A DNA stretch of 64,000 bases from Tubiluchus corallicola (Eukaryota; Animalia; Priapulida), in the NCBI GenBank assembly GCA_030141605.1, contig JAQGDQ010000704.1, forward strand, positions 1 through 64,000, read 5' to 3'. Below are positions 51,721 to 64,000 of the stretch, piece by piece. The translations under genes were made by a program, and so were the position numbers. The stretch's first letter is position 1; the number at the start of each line of letters is the position of its first letter. The notes beneath the pieces are model-generated. The model saw only the letters and a program-made list of their open reading frames with translations, was not told the DNA's origin and searched no databases.

Positions 51721-53285
51721 TAGATTTTCTTTGTGGGTGTGGTGTTGGGGGGTTTGGGGTTGTGTGTTTTGTGGGTGTTGTGTGTTGGGGGTTTGGGGTT
51801 GTGTGTTTTGGGGTGTGTGTTGGGGGTTTGGGGAAGTATTGATGTTCTACATGTGGAGAGTCGCTAAAACGAAACGTCACTAAATGGGGAGTCATTAAGC
51901 AAGAAAGTAGTGTAGATGTTCTACATGCTGAGAGTCGCTAAAACGAAACGTCGCTAAATGGGGAGTCGTTAAGCGAGGAAGTACTGTAGATGTTCTACAT
52001 GCTGAGAGTCGCTAAAATGAAACGTCGCTAAATGGGGAGTCATTAAGCGAGAAAGTACTGTAGATGTTCTACATGCTGAGAGTCGCTAAAACGAAACGTC
52101 GCTAAATGGGGAGTCGTTAAGCGAGGAAGTACTCTAGATGTTCTACATGCTGAGAGTCGCTAAAACGAAACGTCGCTAAATGGGGAGTCGTTAAGCGAGG
52201 AAGTACTGTAGATGTTCTACATGCTGAGAGTTGCTAAAACGAAACGTCGCTAAATGGGGAGTCGTTAAGCGAGGAAGTACTGAAGATGTTCTACATGCTG
52301 AGAGTCGCTAAAACGAAACGTCGCTAAATGGGGGAGTCATTAAGCGAGGAAGTACTGTAGATGTTCTACATGCTGAGAGTCGCTAAAACGAAACGTCGCT
52401 AAATGGGGAGTCGTTAAGCGAGGAAGTACTGTAGATGTTCTACATGCTGAGAGTCGCTAAAACGAAACGTCGCTAAATGGGGAGTCGTTAAGCGAGGAAG
52501 TACTGTAGATGTTCTACATGCTGAGAGTCGCTAAAACGAAACGTCGCTAAATGGGGGAGTCATTAAGCGAGGAAGTAAAGTAGATGTTCTACATGCTGAG
52601 AGTCGCTAAAACGAAACGTCGCTAAATGGGGAGTCGTTAAGCGAGGAAGTACTGTAGATGTTCTACATGCTGAGAGTCGCTAAAACGAAACGTCGCTAAA
52701 TGGGGAGTCGTTAAGCGAGGAAGTACTGAAGATGTTCTACATGCTGAGAGTTGCTAAAACGAAACGTCGCTAAATGGGGGTCGTTAAGCGAGGAAGTACT
52801 GTAGATGTTCTACATGCTGAGAGTCGCTAAAACGAAACGTCACTAAATGGGGAGTCGTTAAGCGAGAAAGTACTGTAGATGTTCTACATGTGGAGAGTCG
52901 CTAAAACGAAACGTCGCTAAATGGGGAGTCGTTAAGCGAGGAAGTACTGTAGATGTTCTACATGCTGAGAGTCGCTAAAATGAAACGTCACTAAATGGGG
53001 GAGTCATTAAGCGAGGAAGTAGTAGATGTTCTACATGTGGTTGTGGTTTGGGGGTGTTGGGGTTGTGTGTTTTGTGGGTGTAACGAAACGTCGCTAAATG
53101 GGGAGTCATTAAGCGAGGAAGTACTGTAGATGTTCTACATGTGGAGAGTCACTAAAGCGAAACGTCGCTAAATGGGGAGTCGTTAAACGAGGAAGTACTG
53201 TAGATGTTCTACATGCTGAGAGTTGCTAAAACAAAACGTCCCTAAATGAAGCGTCGTTAAGCGAGGAACTACTGCAGATGTTCTG
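51665..53285. repeat. 74-bp tandem array derived from a MITE end plus flank
   Basis: GAGTCGCTAAAACGAAACGTCGCTAAATGGGGAGTCGTTAAGCGAGGAAGTACTGTAGATGTTCTACATGCTGA; shorter mirrored array at 60055-60860. Confidence 0.95.
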
Positions 53286-53324
53286 CTTTAACTTCAAAGT
53301 TTACTTAGTCGTTAAGAAACTCAC

Positions 53325-53565
53325 CTGAATATGTGTTTCCAGCAGTCGGGAGCGTGACTTCCCATCTCCATCCCTCTGCCCAGGATCACGTCCATGCTCA
53401 ACAGGTGCGCAGCGTGAAGACGGAGGACCTTGGGACGATTAGCGCCGGGCAACATGCTCTGCTTCGACAGCTTGCGCTCCACGGCCGACTTTTGGGCTTC
53501 CTCTTCTAGACAACACGAAGCGTCGGCCAGCTGGGCGAACACGAGTCCGCATCGGTGCTGCAGCC
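53325..53565 (-). CDS. ARFGEF3: ARFGEF3/BIG3-like exon
   Basis: tgcAG/GTGAGT boundaries. Encodes GLQHRCGLVFAQLADASC...RLHAAHLLSMDVILGRGMEMGSHAPDCWKHIFR. Confidence 0.9.
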
Positions 53566-53647
53566 CTGCAAGGAGTAAAAGACAAGAACGAGATGGCAAA
53601 GCCTGTTTATTGTATTGATAATATGGTAAGCAATATGGTGCATTGTA

Positions 53648-54298
53648 TAGGTTTTACATGTCAAATGTAGACCTACGTTAACTCAAATGTAGATTTAGGT
53701 AATTCAAATGTGTTAACAATGGTTTTCAAGAAATCTTAAGCGCTTTTGGTAAGTCAAATGTAGACACATGTCAAGTCAAATGTGACATTGGTATCTCAAA
53801 TGTGGATAGGTGTCAAAATTATAACTTTATAGGTCTACTAATAGTTCACTAATATTCTGTAAACTTTACATACCATTGAAACTGTTAGAGAAAATAATAC
53901 ATTCTTAAAATAAGCAATGTTTCTTGAGAGAAACTAAGTCATTAATGCAGTGCTAATGTATTACTTAAAAAACTAATTAGTGATTCACTGTTCATTGGCA
54001 AGTGGGAACCGATTTATTCTTTCCTACCGACGTTGTGGTTTATCAAAAAATTCAGTTTGAGGATAAGCAACGCATTTTTCAAAGTTATGGAAGCGGTGAT
54101 GACTATCTTTGGTTTATCTTTTTGTAATTTGCACTTAGATCAGTTAATTACCGATTTATTCAAAGTAATGCATCTACATTTGACATACCTAAGTCACATT
54201 TGAGTTACCAAAACACATTCGAAATTCCTATGTCTACATTTGACTTACCTAAGTCACATTTGAACTTTCCTGTGTCTACATTTGACGTGTAAAACCTA
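53648..54298. mobile_element. MITE with subterminal TCAAATGT repeats
   Basis: TIR TAGGTTTTACA(T/C)GTCAAATGTAGAC with TA flanks; mirrored at ~59000-59695. Confidence 0.75.
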
Positions 54299-54457
54299 TA
54301 ATACAAGTAATTGGTGCATTGACAGATAATCACATAATTCATATTCGTAACTATTTAAAGAAAATTTTTTTCACTCTTTAAGGCTCACTCAAAGTCGTAA
54401 TTACATATTATGTTTTCCTTTCTCAACTTTCAGGTTTATTGCTCTTATACCATTGCT

Positions 54458-55620
54458 ATTATTACATCATTTACTTCATCCTTATTTACATTAAGTTACA
54501 TTATCTACAGAAGCATGCATAACTATAATCATTTTTCCACTTAAGTAAGGTGAGTGTGTTAATAACCGTATGGTCGTACACTCACCTCGCACTACTCAAA
54601 TTATTACATCATTTACTTCATGCTTATTTACATTAAAATATCTACAGAAGCATGCATTACTATAATCATTTTTTCATTTAAGTAAGGTGAGTGTGTTAAT
54701 GACCGTATGGTTGTACACTCACCTCGCACTACTCAAATTATTACATCATTTACTTCATCCTTATTTACATTAAGTTATCTACAAAAGCACGCATAGCTAT
54801 AATCATTTTTTCATTTAAGTAAGGTGAGTGTGTTAATGACCGAATGGTCGTACACTCACCTCGCACTACTCAAATTATTACATCATTTACTTCATCCTTG
54901 TTTAAATTAAGTTATCTACAGAAGCATGCATAACTATAATCATTTTTTCATTTAAGTAAGGTGAGTGTGTTAATGACGGTATGGCCGTACACTCACCTCG
55001 CACTACTCAAATTATTACATCATTTACTTCATCCTTGTTTAAATTAAGTTATCTACAGAAGCATGCATAACTATAATCATTTTTTCATTTAAGTAAGGTG
55101 AGTGTGTTAATGACGGTATGGCCGTACACTCACCTCGCACTACTCAAATTATTACATCATTTACTTCATCCTTATTTACATTAAGTTATCTACAGATGCA
55201 TGCATAACTATAATCATTTTTTCATTTAAGTAAGGTGAGTGTGTTGATGACCGTATGGTCATACACTCACCTCGCACTACTCAAATTATTACATCATTTA
55301 CTTCATCCTTATTTACATTAAGTTGTCTACAGAAGCATGCATAATTATAATCATTTACTTCATCCTTATTTACATTAAGTTATCTACAGAAGCGTGCATA
55401 ATTATAATCATTTTTTCATTTAAGTAAGGTGAGTGTGTTAATGACCGTATGGTCGTACACTCACCTCGCACTACTCAAATTGTTACATCATTTACTTCAT
55501 CCTTATTTACATTAAGTTATCTACAGAAGCATGCATAGCTATAATCATTTTTTCATTTAAGTAAGGTGAGTGTGTTAATGACCGTATGGTCGTACACTCA
55601 CCTCGCACTACTCAAATTAT
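54458..55620. repeat. Tandem repeat, 137-bp unit with internal hairpin (~8 copies)
   Basis: TAAGGTGAGTGTG at 54546, 54683, 54820 and onward. Confidence 0.95.
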
Positions 55621-55959
55621 TTTATTTTAAAGTTTATTAATGTGTTTGATATTGTATTTTTTGATGCGTGAAATAAAATTCATAGTTCGTACTTCATAGT
55701 TGATGGTAGTAACAAGTAGGGGTGAGAGTCGAATGTTCGAATTTTATTGGAACAAATTTTTTAGTTCGAATTCGATTCGAACCTAAAATTATATATTTGA
55801 ATAATTCAGCATTTCAATCACATACGTTCTTTATCGTGAAACTGTTTGAAACAACATGCAATTAGCATAATTTAGCTGTGATTTCTGTGCACAATTTTAA
55901 AAAATTGTTAGTGGTTTTACTGCAAAACAAAATCGAGTAACATGCATGATATTTTTGTA

Positions 55960-57125
55960 AGATTTTTGCAGTTGTTTGTCTCTTATTGTTGTTTGTGTGT
56001 CTGTCATGTTGATGTCATTTGAGTTTATTTACAATCTGATGCAATCATTACACATGATTTGCAGTTGTTTGTCTCTTACTGTTGTTTGTGTGCAATGTTC
56101 ATTTCATTTGAGTTTATTTACAATTCGATGCAATCATTACACACGATTTGCAATTGTTTGTCTCTTTTTGTTGTTTGTGTGTCTGTCATGTTGATGTCAT
56201 TTGAGTTTATTTACAATCTGATACAATCATCACACACGATTTGCAGTTGTTTGTCTCTTACAGTTGTTTGTGTGCAATGTTCATTTCATTTGAGTTTATT
56301 TACAATTCGATGCAATCATTACACACGATTTGCAGTTGTTTGTCTCTTTTTGTTGTTTGTGTGTCTGTTATGTTGATGTCATTTGAGTTTATTTACAATC
56401 TGATACAATCATCACACACGATTTGCAGTTGTTTGTCTCTTTTTGTTGTTTGTGTGTCTGTCATGTTGATGTCATTTGAGTTTATTTACAATCTGATACA
56501 ATCATCACACACGATTTGCAGTTGTTTGTCTCTTACAGTTGTTTGTGTGCAATGTTCATTTCATTTGAGTTTATTTACAATTCACTGCAATCATCACACA
56601 TGATTTGCAGTTGTTTGTCTCTTATTGTTTGTGTGTCTGTCATGTTGATGTCATTTGAGTTTATTTACAATTCGATGAAATCATCACACATGATTTGCAG
56701 TTGTTTGTCTCTTTTTGTTGTTTGTGTCAGTCATGTTGATGTCATTTGAGTTTATTTACAAGTCGATGCAGTCATCACACATGATTTGCAGTTGTCTGTC
56801 TCTTATTGTTGTTTGTGTGTGTGTCATGATGTTGATGTCATTTGAGTTTATTTACAATTCACTGCAATCATCACACATGATTTGCAGTTGTTTGTCTCTT
56901 ATTGTTTGTGTGTCTGTCATGTTGATGTCATTTGAGTTTATTTACAATTCGATGAAATCATCACACATGATTTGCAGTTGTTTGTCTCTTTTTGTTGTTT
57001 GTTATTTACAATTCAATGCAATCATTACACACGATTTTCAGTTGTTTGTCTCTTTTTGTTGTTGTTTATGTGTCATGTTGATGTCATTTGAGTTTATTTA
57101 CAATTCGATGCAATCATCACACACG
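55960..57125. repeat. Tandem repeat, ~91-bp unit with two alternating variants
   Basis: GATTTGCAGTTGTTTGTCTCTT...TCATTTGAGTTTATTTACAAT. Confidence 0.93.
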
Positions 57126-57178
57126 TCAATCACTGCAAACTATCGGCAAATGCCACACGGTGCACAAGATGCCCGTAC

Positions 57179-57385
57179 CGAGAACGCAAGTAAGCTTAGC
57201 CGCCTTCTGAAGACCGTCCAGACTCATGCACACGGCCGCATGCTCCCTCTGGTGGTGTTCCTTGTCGAACAGCAACGTCAAGCTGCTGGCGCCGCCACAG
57301 GCACTTTTGCCGCTGAGCACAGCCGACAGAACTTCCAGAATATTTCCCCAACATGCAGACAGGATGTGACGACATAGCCTCATGC
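57179..57385 (-). CDS. ARFGEF3: ARFGEF3/BIG3-like coding exon (first visible, internal exon)
   Basis: AG acceptor at 57386-7 and GT donor at 57177-8. Encodes MRLCRHILSACWGNILEVLSAVLSGKSACG...SLDGLQKAAKLTCVLG, in phase with the next exon. Confidence 0.85.
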
Positions 57386-57497
57386 CTACAACACATGACA
57401 GCGGAATTATGATGATTTGTTTTGGTTTAAACTGCATTTATTAATACACAGAAAACTGAAACGATACATACAAGAACAGCTTATAATGGCACTAGAT

Positions 57498-57981
57498 CAG
57501 GGGTGTGCAAATTGCGGCCCGCCGAGTGAATTTGTGCGGCCCGCGAAATGAGATTTGTCAACCTAATGAAAGTGCGGCCCGGGCGATTAATTGAGTGTAT
57601 CCAGCTGAAGTCCGTGCCACGATCCCAAAGATAGTGCGGGTAGTTTTTTCTACTAGATCGGATGCCATTAACCCTTACAAGACGGTTGTAGCTTAATGTC
57701 ACTGTACTACGCAGACTGTGTGATTCACATTACTAATATGCATTGTAATAAAATTACCACTATCTGTCCTGAAAGTAGAAATATATGGTTTGTAATATAA
57801 ATTTCAATAACTTCTAAAATAGTTTCTTGAGTGTAGTAGTAATGATGTACGCAGGTCGGATGCAAAAAAATCGTTATTAGGCTTTTCTGTACTTGGCTCC
57901 TTGATCAAACTGCATGTGGCCCGTAGGAATTGCGGGAAAGTTTAACGTGCCCCGGCTAATCAGATAATTTGCACACCCCTG
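57498..57981 (+). mobile_element. hAT-like MITE family A, copy 3
   Basis: Same TIRs; TSD CACTAGAT/TACTAGAT. Confidence 0.85.
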
Positions 57982-58420
57982 TACTAGATGATTGCCTAAC
58001 AGGTCTGTAAAAAAACCTGTATAAAAGTCTCTCACGTGAAGACAGTCACAGTATTAAAAATCATTAAGAAATACCATATAACTATATTGGTAGCAAAACA
58101 GGAAGTAAAACAGGAAGTAAAACATGCAAGGAAAAAATGGAGAGGATTAATTGGGGGCAGATGATATAAGAATATTTTTTTATTTTTTTTAAATTTAAGT
58201 TTATTTATTTATTTCCACACTGCATCTTACAATTATAATAAAAATACAGATAATTTCACTGAAGTAAATATAAATATAAATGCAATATTATCCAGAAATT
58301 ACAAAAGAGATTCTTATGCAGCATATACATGTGCAAATTACATTACAGAATAATTTTGATGCATACAGTTTGAGCCTAAAAGCATAGCTTAACTGTACGT
58401 GGAAATCTTAAAGAAATGAT

Positions 58421-61400
58421 TAATAATTTGAGTAGTGCGAGGTGAGTGTACGGCCATACGGTCATTAACACACTCACCTTACTTAAATGAAAAAATGATT
58501 ATAGCTATGCGTGCTTTTGTAGATAACTTAATGTAAATAAGGATGAAGTAAATGATGTAATAATTTGAGTAGTGCGAGGTGAGTGTACAACCATACGGTC
58601 ATTAACACACTCACCTTACTTAAATGAAAAAATGATTATAGTAATGCATGCTTCTGTAGATATTTTAATGTAAATAAGCATGAAGTAAATGATGTAATAA
58701 TTTGAGTAGTGCGAGGTGAGTGTACGACCATACGGTTATTAACACACTCACCTTACTTAAGTGAAAAAATGATTATAGTTATGCATGCTTCTGTAGATAA
58801 TGTAACTTAATGTAAATAAGGATGAAGTAAATGATGTAATAATAGCAATGGTATAAGAGCAATAAACCTGAAAGTTGAGAAAGGAAAACATAATATGTAA
58901 TTACGACTTTGAGTGAGCCTTAAAGAGTGAAAAAAATTTTCTTTAAATAGTTACGAATATGAATTATGTGATTATCTGTCAATGCACCAATTACTTGTAT
59001 TATAGGTTTTACACGTCAAATGTAGACACAGGAAAGTTCAAATGTGACTTAGGTAAGTCAAATGTAGACATAGGAATTTCGAATGTGTTTTGGTAACTCA
59101 AATGTGACTTAGGTAAGTCAAATGTAGATGCATTACTTTGAATAAATCGGTAATTAACTGATCTAAGTGCAAATTACAAAAAGATAAACCAAAGATAGTC
59201 GTCACCGCTTCCATAACTTTGAAAAATGCGTTGTTTATCCTCAAACTGAATTTTTTGATAAACCACAACGTCGGTAGGAAAGAATAAATCGGTTCCCACT
59301 TGCCAATGAACAGTGAATCACTAATTAGCTTTTTCAGTAATGCATTAGCACTGCAAGAATGAATTAGTTTCTCTCAAGAAAAATGTTTATTTTATGAATG
59401 TATTGTTTTCTCTAACAGTTTCAATGGTATGTAAAGTTTACAGAATATTAGTGAACTATTAGTAGACCTATAAAGTTATTATTTTGACACCTATCTACAT
59501 TTGAGATACCAATGTCACATTTGACTTGACATGTGTCTACATTTGACTTACCAAAAGCACTCAAAATTTGTTGAAAACCATTGTTAACACATTTGAACTA
59601 CCTAAGTCTACATTTGAGTTACCAAGACACATTTGAATTACCTAAATCTACATTTGAGTTAACGTAGGTCTACATTTGACATGTAAAACCTATACAATGC
59701 ACCATATTGCTTACCATATTATCAATACAATCAACAGGCTTTGCCATCGCGTTCTTGTCTTTTACTCCTTGCAGGGCTGCAGCACCGATGCGGACTCGTG
59801 TTCGCCCAGCTGGCCGACGCTTCGTGTTGTCTAGAAGAGGAAGCCCAAAAGTCGGCCGTGGAGCGCAAGCTGTCGAAGCAGAGCATGCTGCCCGGCGCTA
59901 ATCGTCCCAAGGTCCTCCGTCTTCACGCTGCGCACCTGTTGAGCATGGACGTGATCCTGGGCAGAGGGATGGAGATGGGAAGTCACGCTCCCGACTGCTG
60001 GAAACACATATTCAGGTGAGTTTCTTAACGACTAAGTAAACTTTGAAGTTGAAGCAGAACATCTGCAGTAGTTCCTCGCTTAACGACGCTTCATTTAGGG
60101 ACGTTTTGTTTTAGCAACTCTCAGCATGTAGAACATCTACAGTACTTCCTCTCTTAACGACGCCCCATTTAGTGACGTTTCGTTTTAGCGACTCTCAGCA
60201 TGTAGAACATCTACAGTACTTTCTCGTTTAACGACTCCCCATTTAGCGACGTTTCGTTTTAGCGACTCTCAGCATGTAGAACATCTACTTTACTTCCTCG
60301 CTTAACGACTCCCCATTTAGTGACGTTTCGTTTTAGCGACACTCAGCATGTAGAACATCTTCAGTACTTCCTCGCTTAACGACTCCCCATTTAGCGACGT
60401 TTCGTTTTAGCAACTCTCAGCATGTAGAACATCTTCAGTACTTCCTCGCTTAACGACTCCCCATTTAGCGACGTTTCGTTTTAGCAACTCTCAGCATGTA
60501 GAACATCTACAGTACTTCCTCGCTTAACGACTCCCCATTTAGTGACGTTTCGTTTTAGCGACTCTCAGCATGTAGAACATCTACTTTACTTCCTCGCTTA
60601 ATGACTCCCCATTTAGTGACGTTTCGTTTTAGCGACTCTCAGCATGTAGAACATCTACTTTACTTCCTCGCTTAATGACTCCCCATTTAGTGACGTTTCG
60701 TTTTAGCGACTCTCGGCATGTAGAACATCTACTTTACTTCCTCGCTTAATGACTCCCCATTTAGTGACGTTTGGCTTTAGTGACTCTCAGCATGTAGAAC
60801 ATCTACAGTACTTCCTCGTTTAACGACTCCCCATTTAGCGACGTTTCGTTTTAGTGACGCTCGGCATTTAACACATTTTTTACTTAACGGCGCACGTTTC
60901 ATTTTAACGACAATTTTTTTACCTTGCTCGAAGCCAATTTTCATTTTTTAACAACATTTTTTTATTTAATTTTAAGCATTAAGACGGCACATGCTGTTTT
61001 ATTCATTCTGCTTTAAAATTGCATAGTAATGTAAACAGTGCATTTATTATACTCGTTTTTGCTTCCCGACTGACTACTATGTTAGCTGCCATTTCTATCA
61101 AGCGAGACCTGTGAACAAACTTTGTGACAAGAAATTCTGCTTACAACCTGTTCAGATAGCAACCAGACTAGGTAGTAAATGATACAGTGCTCTGGTATGA
61201 TAAAATTTCCAAGGTCGCCTCATGCAGCGCTTGACTTCGACTCTGCAGTGTTTATTGTGTAACGGCTGCCTAGGCTTAAACCTTAATGAAAGAGAAACCA
61301 CTAGCTAGGTACGTATTGATAAGAAAGAAAGGTGGTTTCAAGCAAATAGAACGAAATTAATTAGCAGAAACCATAAAGAAACTTATAAAGCGTTTAATTT

Positions 61401-64000
61401 ATATGATTTAAGCAGCATTGATTTTTGCCTCTGGAACGTATCTGAATTCTTTTACATTACCTTCTATGGAAATATGGTTTCTCTATTAAAAGTGTAAATT
61501 TAAAACTACACAAAGTAGTGAAATTCGTTTTGAACAAGTTTCGTCTTGTGAATTTTATGTTTTTGGTGCACCTAATGGGATTTGACTGAAACAATGGAAA
61601 TAAATGCAACAGAAATGATTGAATTATGAACAAAAATGTATTTCGCTTTGCTTTTGATGTAATGGTTTTGCTGATGTTGCCAATGAACAGTTTTCGTGTA
61701 GTGTGCCTTCCAAACACAGAGTTTGATATAACTTTCAGTGCTTTCTCTTCCGGACATATTTCAAGTTGCATTTCCTGCAGGGATGAGAATTTTCCCCGGA
61801 CACGCGGAATTCAGAGTTTTTGGAAGACCAGTAGTGCCATTTTTGTAAATCGCATAAATTCGTTGAGAAAGACCGTTTTACGGATCCAGTACATTATTTC
61901 ACAAGCTGACCGCTAGTTGGCAGGCCGTCACTTTGTTTACATCACGTACATCAGTGTAACCACGTGTACATCTCTATGTATAAAAATATAGAATCGATTG
62001 TGCGGAGTTATTTGAGTCAATTGCAGACAGTTTTTATATACTTTTGCATAGGAGCGGTCAGTACTTAGGCGTTTTTGAGACAATTAGGTATCATGTATCC
62101 TTGATAGTTGGGTATTTTAAATTATGCATGAAACAAGGTAACTGATTAAGTCCACCTAGAGGCTCTCTATTGTCACAAAATTGCAATTTGTTGCTGGCTG
62201 CAAGTGGGCTTCCCTTGAACCCCATTGGGGGCCTAGGTGGCCCCAAAACCCCCGGCCTGTTTTAGAGTTTTTTGCAATTTGTCATTCTCATCCCTGCAGG
62301 AAGAACTTGAGAGTCTAATCTGAAAAGACCATTATAACACTTATGATACTGTATGAGCACAGACATAATTAAATGATTACAAATTCGGTACTGTTCTGTT
62401 CAGGAGAATCTTGTTATCCAATCATCCTACATTTGTTTAAACATTTACACAGAGATTTAATAGGATGAAATTAAGAAAAATGCGCCCTCTTCAGGCACCC
62501 CAACTCAGTCTATTGAGTAGCTTAGTCTAGTGTACACTTGTATGATCGTGCACAGTAATTCATTGATCGCTTGCTTGCTACAGCCCAAGAGAACTGTTGG
62601 CTGTAGAGAGTTCCAGAAAAATGCACCCTCTTCAGGCACCCTAACTCAGCCTATTGAGTAGCTTAGTCTAGTGTACACTTGTATGATCGTGCACAGTAAT
62701 TCATTGACCGCTTGCTTGCTACAGCCCAAGAGAACTGTCGGCTGTACAGAGTTCCAGAAAAATGCGCCCTCTTCAGGCACTCCAGCTCAGCCTATTGAGT
62801 AGCTTAGTCTAGTGTACACTTGTATGATCGTGCACAGTAATTCATTGACCGCTTGCTTGCTACAGCCCAAGAGAACTGTCGGCTGTACAGAGTTCCAGAA
62901 AAATGCGCCCTCTTCAGGCACTCCAGCTCAGCCTATTGAGTAGCTTAGTCTAGTGTACACTTGTATGATCGTGCACAGTAATTCATTGATCGCTTGCTTG
63001 CTACAGCCCAAGAGAACTGTCGGCTGTACAGAGTTCCAGAAAAAGCCAACTGATCGGCCAAAAAGAAATTAAGGTCGTTTCATCTTTTAACAAGAATTTC
63101 TGCTTATAAATAGTAGTAGACTTCAGACCAAAGTGTATCAGAGCATTGCGTCTGGATTATTGGAATTTTTTGTATCTGTCAGTTTCACACAAGTGCTACT
63201 GTACATTGTTACAGTACAAACACTGCAGTTACTGAAAGCTTTTTTTCAATTGTGTGTCAAAAATTGTGTGTGATTTTTATTTAGTCTAAGGTAAGCAAAT
63301 GCTTTCCATATAAAATGTTGCATGAAAATCCATTGTGTGAGGAGTAGAAGCCTGCAAAAATTATCAATTATGACATAATCTATGCTTAGTGAGAGCAGTT
63401 TAAATCCGTGCAAAATGCAGTAAATGCTTACAATCCTGAGGGAGTTAATAATGCTTACCGCTTGTTCTACTACACTAAGCAGTCCCTAAAGGAAAACGAG
63501 ATGATTGTTCATACTGTATCCTGAAGGAGTTAATAATGCTTACCGCTTGTTCTACTATGCTAAGCAGTCCCTAAAGGAAAACGAGATGATTGTTCATACC
63601 GTATCCTGAGGGAGTTAATAATGCTTACCGCTTGTTCTACTATGCTAAGCAGTCCCTAAAGGAAAACGAGATGTTTGTTCATACCGTATCCTGAAGGAGT
63701 TAATAATGCTTACCGCTTGTTCTACTACACTAAGCAGTCCCTAAAGGTAAACGAGATGATTGTTCATACCGTATCCTGAGGGAGTTAATAATGCTTAACG
63801 CTTGTTCTACTACACTAAGCAGTCCCTAAAGGAAAACGAGATGACTGTTCATACCGTATCCTGAGGGAGTTAATAATGCTTAACGCTTGTTCTACTACAC
63901 TAAGCAGTCCCTAAAGGAAAACGAGATGACTGTTCATACCGTATCCTGAGGGAGTTAATAATGCTTACCGCTTGCTCTACTATGCTCAGCAGTCCCTAAA
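58421..64000 (+). other. Inverted duplicate of ~54885->45746 (continues past window end)
   Basis: Collinear reverse complement, including the 137-, 74-, 141- and 85-bp arrays and one exon; position 64000 mirrors 45746. Confidence 0.93.
59775..60015 (+). CDS. ARFGEF3: Duplicate copy of BIG3 exon 53325-53565 within the inverted segment
   Basis: Identical peptide and intact splice sites; one synonymous TTG/CTG difference noticed. Confidence 0.8.

Noticed and set aside
51725-51840. G/T-rich telomere-like or G-quadruplex tract (also ~53040-53080)
   Set aside because: Irregular, not a fixed telomeric unit and absent from the mirrored array; could be low-quality sequence.
55976-57125. Cys/hydrophobic ORFs up to 220 aa
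   Set aside because: Translations of the ~91-bp tandem repeat.

Overview
Repeat-rich eukaryotic (invertebrate animal) genomic DNA; there are no prokaryotic features. The main feature is the 3' ~1,265 codons of an ARFGEF3/BIG3 (KIAA1244)-like gene on the minus strand. I reconstructed it as 21 GT-AG exons from 57385 to the stop at 6451, with consistent phases except for a 1-nt deficit (frameshift) in exon 34857-35010. One large intron (41615-53324) holds a ~0.95-kb 18S rRNA fragment directly upstream of an intronless class A GPCR gene on the opposite strand, plus a 5S rRNA-headed RTE-type SINE. From ~58420 to the window end the sequence is an inverted, mosaic-divergent copy of ~54885->45746, which could be a haplotig or a fold-back duplication. 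Other intron contents include distinct minisatellites (several built from transposon ends or from an exon end plus splice donor), MITEs, LINE/SINE remnants and an inverted copy of part of one of the gene's own exons. All family calls come from recalled motifs; no database searches were run.
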